From IMG/VR virus record IMGVR_UViG_3300033121_001601, positions 62,001-120,849 of that record: DNA of 58,849 bases; one strand, given 5' to 3'. The DNA is from an uncultured virus (IMG/VR IMGVR_UViG_3300033121_001601) (lineage: Duplodnaviria > Heunggongvirae > Uroviricota > Caudoviricetes). Shown here in pieces: positions 48,160-56,652 of the stretch. The position numbers and the translations under genes were made by a program. Every line of letters begins with the position of its first letter. Within the stretch, counting starts at the first letter, position 1. The notes beneath the pieces are model-generated. The model saw only the letters and a list, made by a program, of their open reading frames with translations, did no database searches and was not told the origin of the DNA.

Positions 48160-48233
48160 TTCTCTTCTATTTTGTAGATATTCGGGACGGTTGTCTTGAT
48201 GTTTCGGATCAGAAAGAGTTAGAGTTCATCTCA

Positions 48234-48608
48234 TCAATGTTCAGCATCGAACTCCTGGACCTCATACCATCCGATGTTCAGGCAGTCCATAATCTCTCCT
48301 GCCTTCTCGTCGGAAATATTGTTTGGGACACGGGTGGTAGCCCAGTCCAGGTCAGTTAGAGGATCACCCGTCAGTAGCTCACAAAGCTTGCTATACTTGC
48401 CTGGAAAGCAAATGTCCGAGATGTTATTCTCATCCCCCGCATAGGAACCAAGGCTAATTCCCTTGACTTCCTTGATATTCAGGTTTCGAGCATATTGCTC
48501 AGCGGATACTTTTTTGCTGAATACCCTTTTATTGGTACCACCAGACCTGTGATAGAATTGGTCGTCATACTCCCAATTTGCCTCAACCACAATGTAGACT
48601 TTACCCAT
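48234..48608 (-). CDS. Hypothetical protein (leaderless)
   Basis: KVYIVVEANWEYDDQFY; TAGATT-6-ATG. Confidence 0.65.
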   Translation of the reverse strand: MGKVYIVVEANWEYDDQFYHRSGGTNKRVFSKKVSAEQYARNLNIKEVKGISLGSYAGDENNISDICFPGKYSKLCELLTGDPLTDLDWATTRVPNNISDEKAGEIMDCLNIGWYEVQEFDAEH

Positions 48609-48639
48609 GGCCCCAATCTAACACTGAGGCCACAGGAAA

Positions 48640-48921
48640 TCAACCTGTCATCTTCCGGAGAGTAGCTCCAAGGAGTGCTTGGTAGGGCCCCGGAAAGGCC
48701 ACAGAAATGTGGTACCGAGGGTTGGTTGGGTTGTGAGAGAAGTTAGCATTCAAGATGCCAATGAACCTGACAATGCCCACTCTTTGACCATTTTTCTCAG
48801 CCAAGAGTTGATCCCCAGGCACAAGTTGCGGTTGGGGGACTTGGAAGTGCCCCTGAACCAAAATGCCATTCTGAAACGGGATAGAATTTTCTACCAAGAA
48901 CATACTACACCTGCTGCCCAT
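48640..48921 (-). CDS. Hypothetical protein
   Basis: 93-aa ORF; start uncertain. Confidence 0.5.
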   Translation of the reverse strand: MGSRCSMFLVENSIPFQNGILVQGHFQVPQPQLVPGDQLLAEKNGQRVGIVRFIGILNANFSHNPTNPRYHISVAFPGPYQALLGATLRKMTG

Positions 48922-48931
48922 ATTTATGGGT

Positions 48932-49258
48932 ATGAAAAAGTTGGAATTTTACTCTATCATTCGGGAAGCTGTCAAGAATGCCTTAGTCGAAGCTTTGGAC
49001 TACCATGGAATGGAAGAGCCAAAGGAAATCCGCAAGGCAAGGTTGGCAGGCAGAGCGCAAGCACGAGCAAAGCTAGCAGGAAAAACACCCGCAGAGCTAG
49101 AACAAGCTTATTTGGCTATTGAAAGGCAGTCAGAGAGGGAATATGAGGACCCTATCAGGAGTGAATACCTCCTGGGAGCTAGGGAGCAAGTTCGAGACAT
49201 GCTGAAGAAGCTTGGTCGTGGACTTCCGAAAAGGTCACAAGACCCCTGGACTCGCTAA
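48932..49258 (+). CDS. Hypothetical protein with shared N-terminal leader
   Basis: MKKLEFYSIIREAVKNALVEA; TATTTA 5 nt upstream. Confidence 0.65.
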   Translation: MKKLEFYSIIREAVKNALVEALDYHGMEEPKEIRKARLAGRAQARAKLAGKTPAELEQAYLAIERQSEREYEDPIRSEYLLGAREQVRDMLKKLGRGLPKRSQDPWTR

Positions 49259-49266
49259 CAAAATGG

Positions 49267-49521
49267 TTAGCTTGCCTTCGTTGAACAGGGCGGCCTGTCC
49301 GAAATCGGTCGGGGCCGGAGCCTCCCATCTTGGTTCTTGAGCCTAAGCTCTGCTTCTTTCTCCGGGCCAATACGAGAGAAGATTAAGCTTACAACCTTGC
49401 TAGTCTGTTCCTGGGCTAGTTCAGTGGTGAAGCCCGCTGCTACTGCAGCGGCAAACACCTCAGTCCAGAGCTCTTCTCGTGTGGTTACTTGAACTTCGAT
49501 GGTCTTGAGAACTTTTTCCAT
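49267..49521 (-). CDS. Hypothetical protein
   Basis: Start trimmed to MEKVLK. Confidence 0.45.
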   Translation of the reverse strand: MEKVLKTIEVQVTTREELWTEVFAAAVAAGFTTELAQEQTSKVVSLIFSRIGPEKEAELRLKNQDGRLRPRPISDRPPCSTKAS

Positions 49522-49698
49522 ATTGGTAACTATGGAAATGCTAGAACAACTCGGGGATGCCAAACTTCGTGAAGTCATTCCAAGGAATCCGAATAAGGCG
49601 ATTCGCCGGAACGGCAGGACCATCCTCACCATTCTGAAGGCCACCCAGAAGGGAACTTCCCGTTGAGTCCGAGGGCTCAAAGCAAAGAGGAGATGGAG

Positions 49699-50082
49699 TC
49701 AATCAATGGAGTCGTCGATGGCCTGCCGAGCTTCTTCCGGGGTCTCGTTCAGGATGGTCTGGTAATGCCCCTCCTGGACCTTGAAGTCCCAACCCCCAAC
49801 AGCCTGAGCGGTCTTCAGGGAGTATGGATTACCTCTCCACCCGAAGGCAGTCATGCCCTTATTCGTGGAGAACCACATCAGGTCCCCGGAGGGATCACTG
49901 CCGGGCTGGACGTTCTGGAGGAATTTTATGGCTTCAGCTGAAAGACCCAGGTTCCGCTTAGCGTTGTTGATCACACACCTCAGTTTCCCGTTACCGGCTG
50001 GAGTGAAGTCCGGGTGCGACTCTTCAGGATTGAGGGTTTCAATCACGAGATAGCCTTTGTACACCGTTACCTTGACCTTCAT
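49699..50082 (-). CDS. Hypothetical protein
   Basis: 127 aa; AAGGA SD. Confidence 0.65.
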   Translation of the reverse strand: MKVKVTVYKGYLVIETLNPEESHPDFTPAGNGKLRCVINNAKRNLGLSAEAIKFLQNVQPGSDPSGDLMWFSTNKGMTAFGWRGNPYSLKTAQAVGGWDFKVQEGHYQTILNETPEEARQAIDDSID

Positions 50083-50162
50083 TTCTTTTTTCCTTTGTTG
50101 CCCAGGCCGTTTAGGCTCTTGGGCTTGTTCTAGATGCCAGTGTTGGCTTTGTTTCTTTTCTG

Positions 50163-50405
50163 TCAGTAGCCCGTATAGTCATTTGCAAGGTCTTTGTAGC
50201 GACGTGGAGGACTATCATCCGGGTCACCCGGATCGTAGGAGCGTTTTGTCTCCGCAAGCTTCTCGAAGAGAGTAGCATCTTCGATCTTCCCATCAGGGCA
50301 AAATTTCTGCTTGTATTCCAAAGCTAGATCATGAGAGCCAAATGCCTTGGTCTTCTCCCCTTTGGAGACAACAAGGTAAATGGCCTTTGTGGTATTATGG
50401 CTCAT
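50163..50405 (-). CDS. Hypothetical protein
   Basis: AGGAG SD. Confidence 0.5.
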   Translation of the reverse strand: MSHNTTKAIYLVVSKGEKTKAFGSHDLALEYKQKFCPDGKIEDATLFEKLAETKRSYDPGDPDDSPPRRYKDLANDYTGY

Positions 50406-50414
50406 TACTGACTC

Positions 50415-50654
50415 CTAGTCATTGGGGCGCAACGCCGAGAAGAGACCAGGAGTACAACGCTCCTGGGTGTCAATGATCCTGATGACAGGGAGACTGCAGA
50501 GATAGGCATCTCGACGGAACAAAGCGGCGAGGTTTCTCTCTTCCACAACCACGGACTTCATCTCCGTGAAAACCGTGACCGTTCGTTTACTTTTTCCCTC
50601 CCCTTTTTCACACTGCTCTTTGACGCCGCCGACCACCTTAACGCGCTTGCTCAT
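50415..50654 (-). CDS. Hypothetical protein
   Basis: AAGGA SD. Confidence 0.5.
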   Translation of the reverse strand: MSKRVKVVGGVKEQCEKGEGKSKRTVTVFTEMKSVVVEERNLAALFRRDAYLCSLPVIRIIDTQERCTPGLFSALRPND

Positions 50655-51058
50655 TTGCTCTGTTCCTTTGTTTCTTTGTTTCTTTTAACAAAGAGGCAGA
50701 ACCAACTCTGCCTCAATCCCAACCGTTTTAACACATCACAGCAGAAACCAACACCTTTTATTGAGAGCCGCCTAAGAAGGCCTAGGAAGGCCCCAAAGAA
50801 AGGGGTGGCAAGCCCCGAAAGACTCTCCGTCATGTTTCTGTTCGTCCTCGTTGCAAGCCTCCCTGGAAGGCCAGCAAGAAAGCTCAGGACGAAGGATCTT
50901 CCGATAGCACCAGACTCGAACAGGAGGGCTGGATTCCTGAACGGGAATGGGGGACAAACAGCCTTTTAGGATGATGAGAGTGAAAATCAAAACTGAAAGA
51001 AGCCAGCAATTCTTCATGATGTGAGTGTAAGAAGCCAAGTTTGTGTTGTGCGGCGATA

Positions 51059-51298
51059 TCAGCTTTGTTCAACTTGGTAGTACTTCAAGGCAAGATCAAT
51101 GATCTGAAGCCAGTCCGCATTGAATCGTTCCAAATCCCACTTGGCATTGGACAGTTTTGCTCGGAGGATTTTGTCCACCGTAGCCAACCTATCCTTTTGG
51201 GGAATTTCCAAGCTAATTTTCGGGATGATGACGACAATGATGTTGTCAAAGTATTCCAGGAATTCCCGGTCAAACCTAACAGCTTTTATCAATTCCAT
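51059..51298 (-). CDS. Hypothetical protein
   Basis: 79-aa ORF. Confidence 0.45.
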   Translation of the reverse strand: MELIKAVRFDREFLEYFDNIIVVIIPKISLEIPQKDRLATVDKILRAKLSNAKWDLERFNADWLQIIDLALKYYQVEQS

Positions 51299-51369
51299 TG
51301 CTTTGCCATGAACCTTTTTCTCGGACGAAAAATCAAGCTATTTCTTTCCCAGATTACGGCATGTTTGAA

Positions 51370-51444
51370 TGGTCAGGGACCTGAGAGTTGAACTCAGACT
51401 GGATGCTTCCAAAGCACCCCGGCTGCCACACGCCTTCGTCCCTG
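51370..51444 (-). tRNA. tRNA-Pro(TGG), atypical D-arm
   Basis: CAGGGAC/GTCCCTG-A-CCA; GGTGC-TT-TGG-AA-GCATC. Confidence 0.8.
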
Positions 51445-51452
51445 AGAAACAG

Positions 51453-51529
51453 TCGGGAAAGAGAGACTCGAACTTTCATGATGTCCTGTTTCCAAAACAG
51501 GCGACTTAATCCAATTAGTCCATTTCCCG
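51453..51529 (-). tRNA. tRNA-Pro(TGG)
   Basis: CGGGAAA/TTTCCCG; CCTGT-TT-TGG-AA-ACAGG. Confidence 0.88.
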
Positions 51530-51802
51530 AGGTGACCGCTTTCACGTATCGGTCGTCTACCTTATGGCCAATTCGGCAACGGATGTCTATTGCTGCTCTC
51601 AGGGTGACATCACTTCCTGGAGCCGGTTGGCTTTACCTTCAGCCTAGCGTCCTCATTACGGGACTTAACCGTGAGGGATGGTTGTCATTGCACCCAGTGA
51701 GCAAAACTCCACCAAACGCTCAAGGGCTTTCCTTGCACTGGGTTAAAGGCCCAGTCTGGGAAATCTGTAAGTATGGAGTCTATCACAACTCCATACCAAA
51801 GT

Positions 51803-52219
51803 CTACCAACTTCCGGGCTGCCACACCTGGGTGTGGTTCTGAGTGGTCTTCACCCGGTTGCTGCTTGGAAAAGCACTCCGGTGAAGGCACAGGTACATCC
51901 AAGCTTCCTGGTCATTGGCCAGCTTTACCAGCTCTCGACGGTAAAAATACTCATTGCTCTCCAGTCTGTCAAGCTCCTCTAGGATCTTGTCATCCACCTC
52001 ATACAGCTCACCCTCGATGCTGTATGAAGGCCCGCCGGTTTTCGTGTGAGCCTTTCCAGCGGGAATCGCCTTGTAAACAGCCGGAAAGGCACCGAAGGAC
52101 TCCATTCGGAAAAACCGGTCCTTAGTTCGGGTCTCACCCAAGAAAGCAGCTCCTTCCAGCCTGGGGTGGTTGGCAAACCCCCTCTTCAAACTTCCGTAGA
52201 CAAAAATCAAGTGGGCCAT
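51803..52219 (-). CDS. Gamma-glutamylcyclotransferase (AIG2-like)
   Basis: IFVYGSLKRG..NH, IEGELYEV, LDRLE, YRRELV, AWMY. Confidence 0.9.
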   Translation of the reverse strand: MAHLIFVYGSLKRGFANHPRLEGAAFLGETRTKDRFFRMESFGAFPAVYKAIPAGKAHTKTGGPSYSIEGELYEVDDKILEELDRLESNEYFYRRELVKLANDQEAWMYLCLHRSAFPSSNRVKTTQNHTQVWQPGSW

Positions 52220-52289
52220 GAGCAATTCCTATGCTGTTTTAGGACCTATGATTCGTAGACGAAAACGAGATAGGTCATGGTGAGTACCG

Positions 52290-52538
52290 TTAGTTGTTGT
52301 CCAAAACGTTAGTGAGCCCAACAATAGACACAATTTCGTAATAAATCAAAGAGCTCAGGAACTTTTCTGCATTTTCAGTTCGGATGTAGATCCCGACCTT
52401 TCGTCCCCGTTCGGCACAGTCGTGCATGAATTCATATTCGTCCTCAGAAGAAGCGAAGCTAGCCGACCGCATTTTCTTGACAAATTCTTCTGGGGTGTCA
52501 GCCTCAAGTTCTTTCCCGTCTGTAAATCTGTACCTCAT
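52290..52538 (-). CDS. Small hypothetical protein of the amidoligase cassette
   Basis: 82-aa ORF; GGAG SD. Confidence 0.6.
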   Translation of the reverse strand: MRYRFTDGKELEADTPEEFVKKMRSASFASSEDEYEFMHDCAERGRKVGIYIRTENAEKFLSSLIYYEIVSIVGLTNVLDNN

Positions 52539-52620
52539 GAGAGTCTCCAGGGATTCCATTATAGCACCTCAGTGGGTTGTTAGTGGAATGCAGGGGGGCA
52601 TTTAGCCCCCCTTTGGCCTC

Positions 52621-53661
52621 TCAGGAGGCAAGATCCATTGCACGCTCCTGGAAGTAAGAGATGGTGCTCTGCTCCAGGCCCATAAACATTCCGGTATCGA
52701 CCGGCATTTCTACCCGATGAACAACTGTGGAGACAGTCACGCCCACCATGGCTAGGAGACTCTGCGAGCAGTCCCGGTAGTACCCACGGCCCCGTCGGGC
52801 CGAAATTTCTGCGGCGGGGTATTTCTTGCGAAAAGCCGAGATGTAGTTGGGAACTGTACCCTCATCAATACCCATCGCAGCAGCCAGGGTAGCAGCCGAG
52901 ACATAGTTGTAACGGCTCGAATCATCCAAGAGGCTTGCCATTGCAGCAAACTTCTTCTCGATGGCATTCTTGCGGAGCCCCGCCGTAGCATCCGACCCAC
53001 CAACCTCTTCCCGAACCATGTTGATGGAAACCTTGCTGGTCTCCACGAAATTTACACAGAAGAGGATCCATGGAATCATTTTGCGGGCTTCTACCGTGCC
53101 AGAGTGCTGGCGGAACTCAACCGTCCCGTGACGGACGAAGGAGCAAAGATTTAGTTTGTAATATCGATTAGATACCATCCCGGCCACGGAACGGTTCGAC
53201 GCATCCATGCCCAAGTTCTGAAACCGACTGGCTAGTCCAACAACAGACGCACAAAACCGGTTGTTGTTCTCACGCCTGCTTTTTGGCATGAACGCATCAA
53301 TTTGCGTTTCGTACTTGGCATACCGAGTCAGGATGTTGGCAATCGTGAGACCATTCAGGTCACGAGCATCCACGTGAACGTGGAATCCGCAGTCTTTTTC
53401 CACTGTCGCCCCGGCACTCACAAGGGCGTCAGAGACCTTCTGAACCTCAGCCAATCCCTCATTTCCTGAGAGGATGGGGCTGACAACCTCGAACCCACCA
53501 GAAACGGAGGCGTCCGTGACGATCTTCCATTCCGATCTTGTTTCATGATTATAGTTCTCAATATTACAAAACACGCCTACAGCGTGAATGGCTGCGAGGG
53601 CAGCTTCCATGGTAATACCTTTGCACTCGATCTCGATCCCAAAACTGCGGCTGCTGTTCAT
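52621..53661 (-). CDS. Putative amidoligase (COOH-NH2 ligase, Amidoligase_2-like) with C-terminal winged HTH
   Basis: FGIEIE, WKIVTDASV, FEVVSPIL, CGFHVHV, RYYKLNL, GTVEFRQHSGT; AATLAAAMGIDEGTVPNYIS...RRGRGYY. Confidence 0.88.
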   Translation of the reverse strand: MNSSRSFGIEIECKGITMEAALAAIHAVGVFCNIENYNHETRSEWKIVTDASVSGGFEVVSPILSGNEGLAEVQKVSDALVSAGATVEKDCGFHVHVDARDLNGLTIANILTRYAKYETQIDAFMPKSRRENNNRFCASVVGLASRFQNLGMDASNRSVAGMVSNRYYKLNLCSFVRHGTVEFRQHSGTVEARKMIPWILFCVNFVETSKVSINMVREEVGGSDATAGLRKNAIEKKFAAMASLLDDSSRYNYVSAATLAAAMGIDEGTVPNYISAFRKKYPAAEISARRGRGYYRDCSQSLLAMVGVTVSTVVHRVEMPVDTGMFMGLEQSTISYFQERAMDLAS

Positions 53662-53766
53662 TTGCCCTCGCTCCTTACAAGAGACAAGATAGCCCACCCC
53701 CTGGCATCGTCAACGCCAATTTTGATTTTTCGGAAGGGATTTTCTTTTTTTGGATGACCTTGGAAG

Positions 53767-54567
53767 ATGTCCTACCTACTTTGTAGGACGCCTATGACAA
53801 AATGGAATGAACCACCTGAGCCTGTTCCTTCTTGGCTAGATCCAGCCAACGAGGTAACCATAACAACCGACACCAAACCTTCTTCCTGGAAGTCTATGAG
53901 CCTCGGTGAGCTAAGGCCTGTTTTTACTATTGCCTGCTACATTGCCCTTCGAAACCTCGGTCTTGCACCTTGGCAAGCCGTGGAAGTTCTTGGAAATGCC
54001 GTTGTTGAGACCGGCTGGGGGCAGTTCTTTCGATCCTGGAACCTTGGAGGTTGGAAAATTCGGAAAACTGACGTGGATGCCCTGAAGGCCAAGGGGAAAA
54101 AACCCCTTTGGTGGAGAGCCCCCGGTAACAAAGCTCCAGGAGCCACCCTGCAAGACTACAAGGGAGGCGATCCTCCCTGGTGCTACTACCGAGGATTTGA
54201 GTCAATTGAAGCCTTCTTTGCTGAGTGGGTTTCAAAATTTGTGCCAAAGCCTGGAGCTTCAACGGGACGATACAAGAAAACCGGCGAAGCCTTCTGGTCC
54301 AAGGGAGATTGGTTCCGTGAACTGTGTCTTGCCGGGTACAAGGGCTCGAACACCCAGAAGGCACCTGATGGATCCGTGGCTTCTCATCGCCAAATCGTCA
54401 CAATGGCCTTGAGGTTCCTTTGTCAAAAGGCCCTCGGAGTCACTGTTGACGGAACCTGGGGTCCAAAGAGCACCCAAGCCTGCAAGGATGCCGAGAAGGC
54501 CCATGGACTCCCAGAGACGGGTCAACCTTCACTCGCTCTCCTGGAAGCCATTCCTGTGACCTCCTAG
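53767..54567 (+). CDS. Endolysin-like protein: lysozyme-fold (GH73-like) plus peptidoglycan-binding domain
   Basis: VETGWG, WNLGGWK, YRGFESIEA, LAGY; C-terminal QKALGVTVDGTWGPKS...HGLPETG. Confidence 0.7.
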   Translation: MSYLLCRTPMTKWNEPPEPVPSWLDPANEVTITTDTKPSSWKSMSLGELRPVFTIACYIALRNLGLAPWQAVEVLGNAVVETGWGQFFRSWNLGGWKIRKTDVDALKAKGKKPLWWRAPGNKAPGATLQDYKGGDPPWCYYRGFESIEAFFAEWVSKFVPKPGASTGRYKKTGEAFWSKGDWFRELCLAGYKGSNTQKAPDGSVASHRQIVTMALRFLCQKALGVTVDGTWGPKSTQACKDAEKAHGLPETGQPSLALLEAIPVTS

Positions 54568-54587
54568 AGTCAGCAAAAGCCCAAAAT

Positions 54588-54627
54588 GAAAGAAAGCCGG
54601 TTGATAACATCAACCGGCTTTCTTTTT
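54588..54627. terminator. Bidirectional-looking terminator hairpin
   Basis: AAAGAAAGCCGGTTGAT-aac-ATCAACCGGCTTTCTTTTT. Confidence 0.85.
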
Positions 54628-54631
54628 GCAG

Positions 54632-54704
54632 CAGGGGTGCTCAGATTTGAACTGAGACGAGAAGTTTTGGAGGCTTCCATGCTGCCAGATTACATCACAC
54701 CCCT
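54632..54704 (-). tRNA. tRNA-Trp(CCA)
   Basis: AGGGGTG/CACCCCT-G; loop CT-CCA-AA. Confidence 0.9.
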
Positions 54705-54720
54705 ATGGTTTGTTAAGCTT

Positions 54721-55029
54721 TCAACGACTCTCTTTTCCCGCAATTATCCGAACCAGATACCAAGATAGCATTGCTGCCAGAACAAGTACGCCACAACCGC
54801 AAGTTGCAATAGCCAGGAATAGCAAAATAGCAACTATCAAAGGATCTGTATGTGGAACGTGTGAATTTGGCACCATAATCCAATGGATAATCAAGCTTGC
54901 CTCTAGGTATGTGGCTCCAACTATGATGCTAAGTAGTGCTTCCTCAATAGTACGGCGTTCTCGAAAGTTTTTCGAGGTAATTGTAGAGGTTTCCTTAATT
55001 TCGCTTTCGTCCAACTTGCGATAATGCAT
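54721..55029 (-). CDS. Small two-TM membrane protein
   Basis: Two hydrophobic stretches. Confidence 0.45.
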   Translation of the reverse strand: MHYRKLDESEIKETSTITSKNFRERRTIEEALLSIIVGATYLEASLIIHWIMVPNSHVPHTDPLIVAILLFLAIATCGCGVLVLAAMLSWYLVRIIAGKESR

Positions 55030-55148
55030 GATTGTTTTATATGAGACTGCGAATCTTTGCTTTGCATCTTCAGGCAGGCGCATATGCCAGCCATGCAAAG
55101 GATACATTTACCTGTCTTTCCAGGCTCTCTGAGAGTTGAAGAGTTACT

Positions 55149-55224
55149 TGGTCCTCCCGTCGGGCTTCGATTCCGAATCTCCGGGGTTTCAATCCGGCAC
55201 ACTTACAACTTGTGCTACAGGAGG
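55149..55224 (-). tRNA. tRNA-Phe(GAA), atypical T-loop
   Basis: CCTCCTG/CGGGAGG-A-CCA; loop TT-GAA-AC; T-loop ATCGAAG. Confidence 0.75.
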
Positions 55225-55269
55225 ATATGGCTCACAGGGAGGGAGTCGAACCCACACCGAGGCAAGTTA

Positions 55270-55819
55270 CATTACCACTATGGCTTTCGCCACCTTTCGT
55301 TTGTGGTCTGGACTATACCTTCATCCCTTTGGGATGGTGCCCGTCTAGTCTCTACACCTTCCGATTTTCGTCGGCTTGGCTCGGGGTTGACATAGCTAGC
55401 ATTGGTGCTAACCAATGACATCTTCTTCAAAATGCCTTTGGCATACATGTTCTAACCACTCTCAAGCCTATCAAGGCAAATTTTGCTCCAAACAATGCAA
55501 GAACAAATTCTACGTTGATAGGCGTCGAAAATCGCTAAAACGAAAAGCAGTTGAATACAAAGGGGGTTCTTGCTCCAAATGCGGGTACAGCAAGTGCATT
55601 GCTGCCATGGATTTTCATCATCTCGATGCAGCCCAGAAAGATTTTGGCATTTCCCAAGCGGGACATACAAAATCATGGGATGCCATTCGAGCCGAATTGG
55701 ACAAGTGCATTCTTTTGTGTTCGAACTGCCACCGTGAGTTGCACGATAGCTAACTTTAGTTTTCTCCGAATTTGAGCACTGTTTCAACTCATGTTGCCAT
55801 GAGAAGCTGCTAACAGTTT
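55270..55819 (-). mobile_element. Group I intron at anticodon position 35/36
   Basis: P1 GCTGT/GCAGC with U.G at the 5' splice site; terminal omega-G; core elements AAATTCGGAGAAAC, GTAGAGACTAGACGG and AAGGTATAGTCC. Confidence 0.9.
55415..55753 (+). CDS. Intron-borne HNH endonuclease, antisense to the intron
   Basis: YKGGSCSKCGY...AMDFHH...ELDKCILLCSNCHRELH. Confidence 0.9.
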   Translation: MTSSSKCLWHTCSNHSQAYQGKFCSKQCKNKFYVDRRRKSLKRKAVEYKGGSCSKCGYSKCIAAMDFHHLDAAQKDFGISQAGHTKSWDAIRAELDKCILLCSNCHRELHDS

Positions 55820-55867
55820 ACAGCTTGCTGCCCTACCATTGGGCGACCTGTGAATAGCGGCTCTATC

Positions 55868-56245
55868 TTAGGGCTTGTTGCCCTTCTTGTCAAACACCAC
55901 CGAGTAAATATTTGCTTTTGACGTTTCTTGCCCCAGGGAAGCAGTAGTTGGAGTTGGCCGAATTGCCTTCAGTCGCTTAGTAATCTCCATTTGATCGGGG
56001 TCTTCGAACTCTAACCTGAAAAGGTGTTCGCTGCTGTAGGCACAAACCACCGTCCAGCCTGCCCTCTTGTACCTCTCGATCAAGGTGTCAACGACACTCT
56101 TGTTCGAAGCTGTCACAAGGTAGCTTGTTTTGCCAGCAATGAGACGTTGCAGGAGATGCTTGTCAATCTCGTTTTCCAATGTCAGAAGTTCTCGGATTGT
56201 TGTCGAGGAAATCTGAGGGTTGGTGTCGTGAGTCTTGATAGCCAT
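55868..56245 (-). CDS. Hypothetical protein
   Basis: 125 aa; AGGGG SD. Confidence 0.55.
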   Translation of the reverse strand: MAIKTHDTNPQISSTTIRELLTLENEIDKHLLQRLIAGKTSYLVTASNKSVVDTLIERYKRAGWTVVCAYSSEHLFRLEFEDPDQMEITKRLKAIRPTPTTASLGQETSKANIYSVVFDKKGNKP

Positions 56246-56303
56246 AACACCCCTAAGTAGGATCTTTCACTCTGTATTATGCCTTGCTTGAGAGGTTGGA
56301 TAG

Positions 56304-56372
56304 TTCCGGCAAACGGACTCGAACCGTTTCTAAGCCCTTATGAAAAGCTCATGCTGCCCTGAGCGTGCCGGA
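56304..56372 (-). tRNA. tRNA with CAT anticodon (Met/Ile2), shortened D-arm
   Basis: TCCGGCA/TGCCGGA; AGCTT-TT-CAT-AA-GGGCT; AACGG-TTCGAGT-CCGTT; only 69 nt. Confidence 0.65.
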
Positions 56373-56528
56373 AAAAGAGCTTTCCTTGTCATTGTTGCCC
56401 AATGGCAATGTGCTCGGAAAGCTCTTGCTGGAGGTTAATAAACACTTGCCTAACACGCAGGAGCTTACCTCGATTCAGAGTCGAGAGCCGCTGGCAAACA
56501 ACAAGCTGAAGCTTTCGCTCCTTGTTTG

Positions 56529-56606
56529 TGGCCTCCAAAGGGGGATTTGAACCCAACCAACCTCTCGGTTCGTAGCCGAGTGCTCTATCCGTTGAGCTAT
56601 ATGGAG
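56529..56606 (-). tRNA. tRNA-Arg(ACG)
   Basis: CTCGG-CT-ACG-AA-CCGAG; CCA encoded. Confidence 0.88.
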
Positions 56607-56652
56607 ATTTCCAAAGCATTCCATTTAGTTGGAATAATGGAAGGTAAGCACG

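Larger units (their letters stand above)
55228..55853 (-). tRNA. tRNA-Asn(GTT) split by a group I intron (exons 55820-55853 and 55228-55269)
   Basis: Joined exons give TCACAGG/CCTGTGA-G-CCA and GCAAG-CT-GT^T-AA-CTTGC. Confidence 0.9.

Noticed and set aside
51531..51800. Definite SRP or RNase P RNA call
   Set aside because: Diagnostic motifs are not convincingly present; kept only as a candidate ncRNA.
51388..52125. 245-aa + strand ORF
   Set aside because: Overlaps two tRNAs and the GGCT gene in antisense; no protein motif.
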